From the NCBI GenBank assembly GCA_963772835.1, contig CAVYYZ010000023.1, positions 1-58,284 of the forward strand: a stretch of 58,284 nucleotides of DNA, read 5' to 3'. Within the stretch, counting starts at the first letter, position 1. Every line of letters begins with the position of its first letter. The stretch comes from an uncultured delta proteobacterium. Lineage in GTDB: Bacteria; Desulfobacterota; Desulfuromonadia; Geobacterales; Pseudopelobacteraceae. Shown one piece after another: positions 47,826-58,284 of this stretch. Under the pieces are notes generated by a model that searched no databases, was not told where the DNA came from, and saw nothing but the letters and a program-made list of their open reading frames with translations. A program made the translations under genes and the position numbers.

Positions 47826-48131
47826 ATGACCACAACAATGGGCACCTTTAGCATAATTTATTCTCTGTTGTTGGTTTTTGCTCCAGTTACGGCACTTGCG
47901 TTTAACTTTACTCCCTTGTCAAAGGTTGCTGCAAAAGAAGCAACAAAGGTGGCCATTAAGACAAGCGCAAAAACAGCAGGTGCCAATGCTGTAAAAGAAG
48001 CAGGCTATGCATCTAAAAGTAATATTGGTCTAAAAACTGGAGCGAGAACGCTGCTAGTATATAGTCGTAGTGATGAAGATAGAAAAAGACAATTGAACAA
48101 ACAACTACTTGGCTTCCCTTACGACAAATAA
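47826..48131 (+). CDS. Hypothetical exported protein
   Basis: AGGAGG RBS; signal-peptide-like N-terminus; Ala/Lys-rich body. Confidence 0.55.
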   Translation: MTTTMGTFSIIYSLLLVFAPVTALAFNFTPLSKVAAKEATKVAIKTSAKTAGANAVKEAGYASKSNIGLKTGARTLLVYSRSDEDRKRQLNKQLLGFPYDK

Positions 48132-48328
48132 GAAATGTGTTGTGGTAAATATTTCCGGGACACTGTGTAAATTAGCTCTACCTCGTCATAGTAATGTTAC
48201 GTTTCGTGATAAAGCCGTTCAGCGACAACCTACGCGGAAATGCTTCGCAGCAATCAAAATCATTTGCTTACAATTTTGCCGTATTTTGAAGATGAATCAG
48301 GATGTTTAACAACTCACATCCGTTTCGC

Positions 48329-48358
48329 TTGACGGAGTGCCATCATGTGTATTATTCT
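48329..48358 (+). promoter_or_regulatory. Candidate sigma70 promoter of pgm-nifU-nifS
   Basis: TTGACG-N18-TATTCT. Confidence 0.4.
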
Positions 48359-48399
48359 AACACGACAAAAGATGTCCTGTTATGCATGGAGGGAATTCG

Positions 48400-49818
48400 A
48401 TGCCGCAAATCACTTTTGGAACATCCGGTTGGCGCGGAATTCTCTGCGAGGATTTTACGTTTGATAACGTAAAAACCGTGGTTCAGGCCATTGCCGATAC
48501 TATTAAAGCATCGGATGAGCAGGACAAAGGTGTCGTGATCGGGTGCGATACACGGTTTATGGGGCAGCGTTTTGTTGAGGCCTCCGCCCGTGTGCTGGCC
48601 GGGGCAGGAATCAAGGCGTATATATGCGAACGGGATACGCCGACTCCGGTGATCTCGTATGAAATACTGCGGCGTGGCGCTGGCGGCGGCATCAACTTTA
48701 CCGCCAGCCATAATCCTCCCGAATACAACGGCGTCAAGTTTTCCCCCTCCTGGGGAGGCCCGGCGCTGCCGGAAACAACAAATGAGATAGAGCGTCGTGC
48801 CAATGCGATGGCAGGAACCGTATGTTATGCTGAACTGAATCTTGAAGATGCGTCCAGACGGGGTCTGGCGGAGACGATCAACCCTCACGACGACTACCTG
48901 AAATCCCTGGAACAAAAAGTTGATTTTGATGCTATCGGCCGCCTGGGCAAGGTTGCCCTCAATCCGCTGTATGGCACAGCCCGTGGGTATCTGGATGAAC
49001 CGCTCCGCACACGCGGGATTCCATATGCAATTATCAATGACCGGCCGGACCCCTACTTTGGCGGCCATCCGCCCGAACCGTCTGAAACACACATCCCCGA
49101 TTTTATTTCTCTGGTTAAAAACGATCCCGATATCCGCCTTGGTCTTGCTACGGATGGCGATGCTGACCGGTTCGGTATTCTGGATGCCGACGGAAGTTAC
49201 ATTGAACCGAATTATATTATCGCCCTGCTGCTGGATTATCTTATACGCGTACGCGGACTTGAAGGGGGGGTGGCCCGCAGTGTGGCAACCTCCCATCTGA
49301 TCGATGCGGTGGCAAAGAAGCATGGCGTCCCTGTGTACGAAACGCCGGTCGGTTTCAAATTCATCGGTGAGCTGATCAGTCAGGATAAGCTGGTTATCGG
49401 TGGTGAAGAGAGCGCCGGGCTGACGATACGGGGGCATGTCCCTGAGAAGGACGGAATTCTGGCCTGCTTCCTCGTTGCCGAGATGGTAGCACGGGAGGGT
49501 AAGAGTATCCGTGAGCTTCTTGACCGTCTGTATGGAGAAGTGGGACGTTTCGTCACCCGTCGAGACAACCTCAAACTTTCACCTGAGCTTGAAATTGCAT
49601 ATACCAATAAGATTAATGCTGTTCCCGCCGAAGTCGCGGGGTCGAAAGTAACGGAAATCGTCAGGGTGGACGGGACCAAACTGCTGCTCGATGACGGCAG
49701 TTGGATGCTGTTTCGTAAATCCGGTACAGAGCCGGTGGTGCGGCTGTATGGAGAGGCTGGCAACGATGCCCGACTCTCCGAAGTGATGGCGGCCGGCAGG
49801 AAATTTATTTTAGGCTGA
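48400..49818 (+). CDS. Phosphoglucomutase/phosphomannomutase
   Basis: FGTSGWRG, TASHNP, DGDADR, GEESAG and RKSGTEP. Confidence 0.95.
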   Translation: MPQITFGTSGWRGILCEDFTFDNVKTVVQAIADTIKASDEQDKGVVIGCDTRFMGQRFVEASARVLAGAGIKAYICERDTPTPVISYEILRRGAGGGINFTASHNPPEYNGVKFSPSWGGPALPETTNEIERRANAMAGTVCYAELNLEDASRRGLAETINPHDDYLKSLEQKVDFDAIGRLGKVALNPLYGTARGYLDEPLRTRGIPYAIINDRPDPYFGGHPPEPSETHIPDFISLVKNDPDIRLGLATDGDADRFGILDADGSYIEPNYIIALLLDYLIRVRGLEGGVARSVATSHLIDAVAKKHGVPVYETPVGFKFIGELISQDKLVIGGEESAGLTIRGHVPEKDGILACFLVAEMVAREGKSIRELLDRLYGEVGRFVTRRDNLKLSPELEIAYTNKINAVPAEVAGSKVTEIVRVDGTKLLLDDGSWMLFRKSGTEPVVRLYGEAGNDARLSEVMAAGRKFILG

Positions 49819-49851
49819 ATTGAATAAACACTTTTATGAAGGAGTAACACC

Positions 49852-50724
49852 ATGTGGGATTACACACCAATAGTTAAGGACCATTTTTTGAATCCCCGCA
49901 ACGTCGGGGATATACCTGACGCCGACGCAATCGGCGAAGTCGGCAGCCTGGCATGCGGAGATGCGTTGAAGCTGTATCTCAAGCTGGATGACAACAAGGA
50001 TAAGATTGTTGACGCCAAGTTTCAAACCTTCGGCTGTGCCAGTGCCATTGCTTCTTCATCCGCTTTAACCGAGATGGTCAAAGGTAAAACCCTTGATGAA
50101 GCTCTGGCCGTCAGCAATCAGGATATTGCCGATTTTCTGGGTGGTCTGCCGGAGGAGAAGATGCATTGCTCGGTTATGGGGCAGGAGGCACTGGAAGTCG
50201 CGATATTTAAATATCGCGGGATGGAGATACCGCAGCACGACAGTGAGCATGATCATGGCCCCGCATACCCTGACTATGAAGGTGAGATCATCTGTAAATG
50301 TTTCGGCATAACAGACGCATTCCTTAAAAAAGTCATTGAGACCAATGGCCTGACAACGGCCGAGCAGGTGACTAACTTTACCAAAGCGGGCGGAGCCTGC
50401 GGCGGCTGTATCCCCAAAATTAAAGATCTGATTGCGCTGGTGCTCGGTGAGACTGCGGCTCAGGCGCGGGTACGCCCGGAAAAACTCTCCAATATGAAAA
50501 AAATGCAGCTGATTCAGGAAGTGCTGGAACGCGATATACGGCCGCTTCTCTGGGCTGACGGCGGGGATCTGGAACTTATTGATATCGATGGTTCAAAAGT
50601 ACAGGTGGCTTTCCGTAAGGCGTGTGCCGGTTGTGCCTCATCCGGAAATACAGCCCGCATGGTTGAAATCAAACTGCGTGACCTGGTTGCCGAGGATATA
50701 GTGGTTGAGGAGGTCCCGGCATGA
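49852..50724 (+). CDS. nifU: Fe-S cluster assembly scaffold NifU
   Basis: IscU domain (CGD, FGC, KMHCS), BFD-like [2Fe-2S] domain (CKCF..GACGGC) and NifU-C domain (CAGC). Confidence 0.95.
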   Translation: MWDYTPIVKDHFLNPRNVGDIPDADAIGEVGSLACGDALKLYLKLDDNKDKIVDAKFQTFGCASAIASSSALTEMVKGKTLDEALAVSNQDIADFLGGLPEEKMHCSVMGQEALEVAIFKYRGMEIPQHDSEHDHGPAYPDYEGEIICKCFGITDAFLKKVIETNGLTTAEQVTNFTKAGGACGGCIPKIKDLIALVLGETAAQARVRPEKLSNMKKMQLIQEVLERDIRPLLWADGGDLELIDIDGSKVQVAFRKACAGCASSGNTARMVEIKLRDLVAEDIVVEEVPA

Positions 50725-51896
50725 AAGAGATCTATCTCGACAACAATGCGACGACCAAGGTTGATGAAGCGGTATTCGAGGAGATGCGGCCCTATTTCTG
50801 CGAACTGTACGGCAATCCCAGTTCGATGCATTTCTTCGGCGGGCAGGTACAGAGTAAGGTGACCGAAGCCAGAGCCAGAGTCGCGGGACTTTTGGGGGCA
50901 TCACCTGACGAAATTATATTCACCGCATGCGGTACCGAGAGCGATAACGCCGCAATTCGCTCTGCACTGGAGGTTTTCCCTGATCGGCGTCATATCATAA
51001 CATCGCGGGTTGAGCATCCTGCCGTCCTTACCCAGTGCCGGAATCTGCGGCAAAAAGGATACCGGGTTACCGAGATCGGCGTTGATGGTGCCGGTCGTCT
51101 GGATCTCGATGAATTGAAAGCTGCTGTTGATGACGATACGGTAATTGTGTCATTGATGTGGGCCAACAATGAAACGGGCGTCATATTTCCGGTTGAGGAA
51201 GCTGCGGCAATTGCAAAATCGAAGGGAGCTCTTTTTCATAGTGACGCCGTTCAGGCCATAGGTAAAATTCCGATCAACATGGCGGCCTCGAATATCGATA
51301 TGCTTTCGCTTTCCGGTCACAAGCTGCACGCCCCCAAGGGGATCGGCGTGTTGTACCTGCGACGCGGCACTCCGTTCAGGCCATTTCTGGTGGGTGGACA
51401 TCAGGAGAAGAGCCGACGGGCCGGCACTGAAAATGCTGCCGCCATTATTGCGCTCGGAAAAGCCTGCCAACTGGCCGGCCAGCATATGGAAGCCGAAAAT
51501 ACCGTTGTCAGGGCGATGCGTGATCGCCTGCAGGGTGCTCTTATGACGGCGATTCCACATGCCCGGATTAACGGCGACGGTGCTGAGAGACTGCCTAACA
51601 CCACCTCGATTGCATTTGAGTTTGTTGAAGGAGAGGCCATACTTCTGCTGCTGTCGGAATTCGGTATCTGCGCTTCTTCAGGAAGTGCCTGCACTTCGGG
51701 GTCTCTGGAACCTTCACATGTTCTGCGGGCAATGGGAGTGCCGTTCACCTGTGCCCATGGGTCGATCCGGTTTTCGCTATCCCGCTATACCACGGATGCT
51801 GAGATCGATACCGTGATCCGTGAGATGCCCCCCATTATTGCCCGGCTGCGTCAAATGTCTCCCTTTGGCAGAGAACACCTGAAAGGGCAGGCGTAG
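50721..51896 (+). CDS. nifS: Cysteine desulfurase NifS
   Basis: YLDNNATT, EHPAV, SGHKLHAPKG and SSGSACTS. Confidence 0.96.
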   Translation: MKEIYLDNNATTKVDEAVFEEMRPYFCELYGNPSSMHFFGGQVQSKVTEARARVAGLLGASPDEIIFTACGTESDNAAIRSALEVFPDRRHIITSRVEHPAVLTQCRNLRQKGYRVTEIGVDGAGRLDLDELKAAVDDDTVIVSLMWANNETGVIFPVEEAAAIAKSKGALFHSDAVQAIGKIPINMAASNIDMLSLSGHKLHAPKGIGVLYLRRGTPFRPFLVGGHQEKSRRAGTENAAAIIALGKACQLAGQHMEAENTVVRAMRDRLQGALMTAIPHARINGDGAERLPNTTSIAFEFVEGEAILLLLSEFGICASSGSACTSGSLEPSHVLRAMGVPFTCAHGSIRFSLSRYTTDAEIDTVIREMPPIIARLRQMSPFGREHLKGQA

Positions 51897-51915
51897 AGGT
51901 GTCCGTACCGCATGT

Positions 51916-51952
51916 AACAAAGGGCGACCATTTTTGGCCGCCCTTTGTTTTT
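51916..51952 (+). terminator. Rho-independent terminator after nifS
   Basis: AACAAAGGGCGACCA-TTTT-TGGCCGCCCTTTGTTTTT. Confidence 0.8.
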
Positions 51953-52035
51953 ACTGGAGAATCGAGGAAAATGAGGTAGAATAAACCCGTTAGGCTGGAT
52001 CAAATAATTGGACTTAAACTGTTATGGAGTCAGCA

Positions 52036-53337
52036 ATGGAAATAAAAATTCCTGAAGTCGGCGAGTCAGTACGTGAAGCTCTGTTAGCAAAGTGGTTTAA
52101 AAAAAGCGGCGATGTTGTCAAGCGGGATGAGCCCCTGTGTGAAATCGAAACTGACAAAATTACGCTTGATCTTAATGCTGATGCGACCGGACTGCTCACT
52201 ATTTCTGTATCCGAAGGTACCACGGTGGCAGTCGGGACGATAATCGGCACTATAGAGGAGTCTGCAGCAATGCCGGAAACACCCGTTACCGCCTCCACAA
52301 CAGGGCTTGTAGAGAAACTTGCTGCGCCGGCGTCGTCACCATCAGTGAGGCGTGAAATGCGGGAGCAGAAAATTTCTCCTGACGAGGTGACGGGGAGCGG
52401 CGCGGGGGGGCGCATAACGCTGGACGACCTGTTCACCCGTATCGAGGAAAAGTCAAAAATGCCGCCGGAGTCACGCCCTGCGACGATACCCGAGCCGGTT
52501 GCCGCCATGGCTGTGCACCAAAACGAGGCAGCATTGACCGTTATACCTCCCGTTGTTCAACAATCGGCTCTCCCGGTTACTGTAGAGTCGGGGAAGCAGT
52601 TTTCTGTTCATACTGAAGACTCTCCTTCCTACTCAGCCGGTCGCGAGGAACGCCGCCCGATGTCGCCCCTTCGTAAGCGGATCGCCGAGCGCCTCGTGGC
52701 AGCACGCCAGCAGACCGCTATGCTGACTACCTTTAACGAGGCGGACCTGTCTCACGTCAAATTGTTGCGCAGTACCTATCGCGAGCATTTTTTGCAACGC
52801 CACGGTATCGCACTCGGCTATATGCCTTTCTTCATAAAGGCATGTATAGAGGCTCTCAAGGAGTTCCCGCTGGTAAATGCCAGTATAGATGGAGATGATA
52901 TTGTCTATCATCATTTTTACGATATCGGGGTCGCCATCGGCGGTGAGAAGGGACTTGTCGTTCCGGTTTTGCGCAATGCCGATCAACTCAAAATGTACGA
53001 GATCGACCAGGCAATATCAGTTTTCTCGGAAAAAATACGTACCAATCATCTGGCTATCTCAGATCTGGAGGGTGGTACATTCACAATCAGTAACGGTGGA
53101 GTGTACGGGTCGATGCTTTCCACTCCGATCCTTAACCCTCCCCAGAGTGCCGTGCTGGGGATGCACGCCATCCAGGATCGTCCGGTAGTTCGTGATGGAG
53201 TGATTGTCATCCGGCCAATGATGTATCTGGCGCTCTCTTACGATCACCGTATTGTCGACGGTCGCGAGGCGGTCGGTTTCCTGAAAAAAATCAAAGAGTA
53301 TATTGAAGTGCCGGAAGAGTTGCTGCTGGAAGGGTGA
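52036..53337 (+). CDS. sucB: 2-oxoglutarate dehydrogenase E2, dihydrolipoamide succinyltransferase
   Basis: Lipoyl motif ETDKI, E3-binding motif [17 protein letters not shown] and [10 protein letters not shown]. Confidence 0.95.
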   Translation: MEIKIPEVGESVREALLAKWFKKSGDVVKRDEPLCEIETDKITLDLNADATGLLTISVSEGTTVAVGTIIGTIEESAAMPETPVTASTTGLVEKLAAPASSPSVRREMREQKISPDEVTGSGAGGRITLDDLFTRIEEKSKMPPESRPATIPEPVAAMAVHQNEAALTVIPPVVQQSALPVTVESGKQFSVHTEDSPSYSAGREERRPMSPLRKRIAERLVAARQQTAMLTTFNEADLSHVKLLRSTYREHFLQRHGIALGYMPFFIKACIEALKEFPLVNASIDGDDIVYHHFYDIGVAIGGEKGLVVPVLRNADQLKMYEIDQAISVFSEKIRTNHLAISDLEGGTFTISNGGVYGSMLSTPILNPPQSAVLGMHAIQDRPVVRDGVIVIRPMMYLALSYDHRIVDGREAVGFLKKIKEYIEVPEELLLEG

Positions 53338-53340
53338 CGA

Positions 53341-53388
53341 ATTCGGAATTCGGAATGCGGAATGAAGAGTTAAGATGAAGAGTGAAGA
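53341..53388. repeat. Degenerate heptanucleotide tandem repeat
   Basis: ATTCGGA ATTCGGA ATGCGGA ATGAAGA GTTAAGA (-)TGAAGA GTGAAGA. Confidence 0.7.
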
Positions 53389-53400
53389 ACCGGGGGGTGT

Positions 53401-54858
53401 ATGTCTGAAACGAAAACATTTGACGTTATAATTATCGGCGCCGGACCGGGTGGTTATGTGGCTGCTATCCGCGCATCCCAGCTCGGAATGAAGGTTGCCG
53501 TAGTTGAAAGGCGGGCATCTCCGGGCGGTGTATGTCTTAATGAAGGGTGTATTCCCAGCAAGGCCCTGCTTGACTCAAGTGAACTGTTTTCCCTTGCCCG
53601 GGACAAGTTTGCCGGCCACGGCATAACTGTTGACGCTCCTCAGCTTGATCTGGAAACCATGATGCGCCGTAAGGAGGATGTGGTTAAGAAACTGACCGAT
53701 GGTATCTCGTACCTGTTCAAAAAAAATAAAATAGAACGACTTCACGGCACCGCTGTTCTTAACGGTCCCGATGCAGCCGGTCTGCAACAGGTTGAGGTGG
53801 CTCTGCACGGATCAAATGACCAGCAAAACCTTCTGGAACCGGCTGCCCGGCCGACTGTTACATTAACCGCTCAAAAAGTGATTCTTGCTACCGGCAGTGA
53901 GGCGTCAGCTCTGCCGGGCATCCCATTTGACGGTCAGGTCATCGTCTCAGCGCGTGAAGCGCTTTCCTTTGATCACGTTCCGGAGCACCTGATCGTTGCC
54001 GGTGGCGGCTATATCGGGCTTGAGCTCGGTTCAGTCTGGCGCAGGCTGGGTTCACAGGTGACGGTGATGGAGATGTTGCCGCAAATTCTACCGAATATGG
54101 ATCGCCAGTCAGCCGACATGCTCTATCGGTCTCTGCGCAAACAGGGGATCCAGTTCAAGTTAGGTACACGTATTACCGGTGTGCGAAAGATCGGTTCCAA
54201 GGCAATAGTCCAGTTCAACTCAGGCACCGGCAGTGAAGAGGTTGACTGTGACAAAGTACTGGTGGCCGTCGGGCGTCGGCCATTGACGGCCGGTCTCGGC
54301 CTGGAAAATTGCAGTGTTTCGCTGGATGAATCGGGGAGAGTTGTTGTCGATGAATCGTATCAGTCGTCGGTATCGGGAATTTATGCAATTGGAGATCTGA
54401 TAGCCGGTCCAATGCTTGCTCACAAGGCCTCTGAAGAAGGCGTTGCCTGTGTCGAGCGGATTGCAGGTATGACGTCAAAAGTAGAATACGAATTCATTCC
54501 GGGGGCTGTCTATACCTGGCCGGAAGCTTCAAGTGTCGGAATGACGGAGGAACAACTTAAAATTGCCGGCATACCATATCGTAGCGGGCGCTTCAACTTT
54601 GCCGCTCTCGGACGGGCACGCTGCATGGATGAAACAGATGGTTTCGTCAAAATTCTTGCTCATCTTGAAAATGACCGGGTTCTCGGGGTGCACATCGTCG
54701 GCCCACGAGCATCAGATCTGATTTCAGAGGCCGCAACAGTCATGAGTTTTGGTGGAACGGCACGGGATATAGCCCTTATCTGTCACGCCCATCCATCCCT
54801 ACCCGAGGCGATCAGAGAGGCAGCATTAGACGTTCATAAAGAGGCGATACACGCATGA
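53401..54858 (+). CDS. lpdA: Dihydrolipoamide dehydrogenase
   Basis: GAGPGG, GGVCLNEGCIPSK, GGGYIGLE and HAHPSLPE. Confidence 0.97.
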   Translation: MSETKTFDVIIIGAGPGGYVAAIRASQLGMKVAVVERRASPGGVCLNEGCIPSKALLDSSELFSLARDKFAGHGITVDAPQLDLETMMRRKEDVVKKLTDGISYLFKKNKIERLHGTAVLNGPDAAGLQQVEVALHGSNDQQNLLEPAARPTVTLTAQKVILATGSEASALPGIPFDGQVIVSAREALSFDHVPEHLIVAGGGYIGLELGSVWRRLGSQVTVMEMLPQILPNMDRQSADMLYRSLRKQGIQFKLGTRITGVRKIGSKAIVQFNSGTGSEEVDCDKVLVAVGRRPLTAGLGLENCSVSLDESGRVVVDESYQSSVSGIYAIGDLIAGPMLAHKASEEGVACVERIAGMTSKVEYEFIPGAVYTWPEASSVGMTEEQLKIAGIPYRSGRFNFAALGRARCMDETDGFVKILAHLENDRVLGVHIVGPRASDLISEAATVMSFGGTARDIALICHAHPSLPEAIREAALDVHKEAIHA

Positions 54859-54934
54859 TCTTTAATTCTGCTAAGCCGTAGGAACATAATAGTTTTGTTT
54901 CAACGTTTCATAATGTGTTTTTTAAGGAGTATAA

Positions 54935-56377
54935 ATGTCAAGGTCAACCCGTAAAACTAAAATAGTCGCAACTGTCGGCCCCGTAAGCTCTTCACCGGAA
55001 ATGATAAAGAAACTGATGAGGGCAGGTGTTGACATATTCAGACTGAACTTTTCCCACGGAGAAAATTCGCAAAAATTGGAACTGATCCGAATAATCAGGA
55101 GCGTGTCTGAAAGTCTTGGCCGTCAGGCAGGCATACTCGGCGATCTTCAGGGCCCCAAAATCAGAACCGGGAAAATGGCCGGCGACGGTATGCAGCTGGC
55201 TAAAGGGCAGGAGGTTGTTATCACGACCGACAACGTGCTTGGTGGTGATGGGGTGATTCCCACTATTTATAAGTCGTTACCCCATGACGTTCATCCCGGT
55301 TCCAGAATTCTACTGGATGATGGGTTGCTTGAGTTGAAAGTCATTGCGCTTGAAGGTGATCGGGTACGATGTCTCGTTGTTGCGGGCGGGCTACTTAAAA
55401 ATAACAAAGGTATCAATCTTCCGGGTGTAAATGTTTCAGCTCCCTGTCTTACCGAAAAGGATTTAGTCGATCTCGATTTTGCACTTGAAGCCGGGGTTGA
55501 TTTCATTGCACTCTCTTTTGTGCGCACGGCTGAGGATATACACGAAATTAAGAGAATAATTCTCGCGAAAGGGAAAGACACTCCGGTTGTGGCTAAAATT
55601 GAAAAACCGGAGGCGTTGCGCAACTTCAAAAAAATACTTGAAGCGACCGACGCGGTCATGGTGGCGCGTGGTGACCTTGGCGTCGAAATTGAGCCTGAAA
55701 GGGTCCCCGTTTATCAGAAAAAAATAATCCAGGCATGCAACAGGGCAGGTAAGCCGGTTATAACGGCGACGCAGATGCTTGATTCCATGATCCGCAACCC
55801 ACGCCCGACCAGAGCCGAAACATCCGACGTCGCTAATGCAATTATTGACGGAACTGATGCGATCATGCTTTCCGCAGAAACGGCTTCAGGGGATTTCCCG
55901 ATAGAATCAGTCGAAACAATGGTTCGCATTGCCAAAGACGTGGAAAGTGCCGATTTACATGTTACGGGAAGTAATATCAACGTCGTGACGACAACAGCGC
56001 AAGCGGTCGCTGAAGCATCCTGCCGGACCGCCGCGACTCTCAAGGCAAAGGCCATTGCAGTATTTACCAGATCCGGAAGCACAGCTGCTCTGATATCCGC
56101 TTTCCGACCGATAACCCCGATCATTGCTTTTACCGCCTCCGCCGAAATTCATCGCAGGCTGTCGATCTATTGGGGTGTCCAATGTACGAGCGTTGGTATC
56201 ATGGAGAATACTGACCAGCAGATTAACGAAGTTGAAAAAAAGATGCTGGCGACAGGCTTTCGAAACGGGGATCGTGTTGTCATCACGATGGGTCTTATTG
56301 AGACGCGCGGTTCAACAAATCTTATGAATGTTCATACTCTTGGTACTCATGGATTTTACGAGGTTTTTGGTGGATGA
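54935..56377 (+). CDS. pyk: Pyruvate kinase
   Basis: RKTKIVATVGP, RLNFSHG, AKIEK, MVARGDLGVE and TQMLDSM..PTRAE. Confidence 0.98.
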   Translation: MSRSTRKTKIVATVGPVSSSPEMIKKLMRAGVDIFRLNFSHGENSQKLELIRIIRSVSESLGRQAGILGDLQGPKIRTGKMAGDGMQLAKGQEVVITTDNVLGGDGVIPTIYKSLPHDVHPGSRILLDDGLLELKVIALEGDRVRCLVVAGGLLKNNKGINLPGVNVSAPCLTEKDLVDLDFALEAGVDFIALSFVRTAEDIHEIKRIILAKGKDTPVVAKIEKPEALRNFKKILEATDAVMVARGDLGVEIEPERVPVYQKKIIQACNRAGKPVITATQMLDSMIRNPRPTRAETSDVANAIIDGTDAIMLSAETASGDFPIESVETMVRIAKDVESADLHVTGSNINVVTTTAQAVAEASCRTAATLKAKAIAVFTRSGSTAALISAFRPITPIIAFTASAEIHRRLSIYWGVQCTSVGIMENTDQQINEVEKKMLATGFRNGDRVVITMGLIETRGSTNLMNVHTLGTHGFYEVFGG

Positions 56378-56521
56378 GTCTGAGTTGGGTGGATTTATTT
56401 TTTCATGTGATTGATTTTTCTTTTGACAGGTGTAAATTGTTTATGATAGAAAGCGAGTCCCTTTTGGAACCGAAGTTTTTGGGGCGCCTGGAAAAAAGAT
56501 TGGCTGGTCGGAAAATAGTTG

Positions 56522-56550
56522 TTGACAGTTGAGATTGATCTGGGTATGTT
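56522..56550 (+). promoter_or_regulatory. rRNA operon sigma70 promoter
   Basis: TTGACA-N17-TATGTT. A second TTGACA at 56423 may mark an upstream tandem promoter. Confidence 0.75.
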
Positions 56551-56569
56551 GTCGGTTCGTTTGCACATC

Positions 56570-56581
56570 TGGTCTTTGAAA
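56570..56581 (+). promoter_or_regulatory. boxA-like antitermination element
   Basis: TGGTCTTTGAAA in the rrn leader (consensus TGCTCTTTAACA). Confidence 0.6.
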
Positions 56582-56682
56582 ACCGAATAGCAGTTTTAAA
56601 GTGATTTGTAAGAAACACCAAGTGCAAGATATTTTTGCCAGAAGTAAATTTTGGGTTTTAAGTATTCAAACTATATCAGTAT

Positions 56683-58249
<1,567 letters not shown>

Positions 58250-58284
58250 CTAGAAGGCTAGACCTTCCAAGCTTACCTAGGTCA

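Noticed and set aside
45660..48300. Integron cassette array for the co-oriented AT-rich genes
   Set aside because: No attC-like RYYYAAC..GTTRRRY dyads between the genes, no intI, and two of the genes overlap.

Overview
Most of the window (about 14.8-58.3 kb) is chromosomal DNA of a Geobacteraceae/Desulfuromonadales bacterium, judged from the complete 16S rRNA gene at the right end. It carries tRNA-Ser(CGA); an Ehr (energy-converting hydrogenase-related) membrane complex cluster with an embedded CsoSCA-like carbonic anhydrase; gap; an MvhG-MvhA-protease-HdrA-MvhD-TusA operon without hdrBC; valS-nadK-recN; a HipBA/AT-rich islet; pgm-nifU-nifS; sucB-lpdA-pyk; and the start of an rrn operon. Beyond the 3' end of tRNA-Ser lies an accessory region. 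Its centre is a tightly coupled, about 8.4 kb operon: bPH membrane protein, small membrane protein, eukaryote-like PPP phosphatase, vWA protein, atypical Ser/Thr kinase with FHA-like domain, Zn-ribbon/FHA-like protein, small beta protein, M50 metalloprotease, Card1/DUF1887 CARF nuclease and two alpha/beta hydrolases, cut off by an IS3 element. This operon is the best candidate for an undescribed phosphorylation-gated defence/conflict system. The first about 1.9 kb is very GC-rich, actinobacterial-like and full of frameshifts, probably a chimeric or low-quality contig end. All calls come from motif reading by eye; no searches were run.
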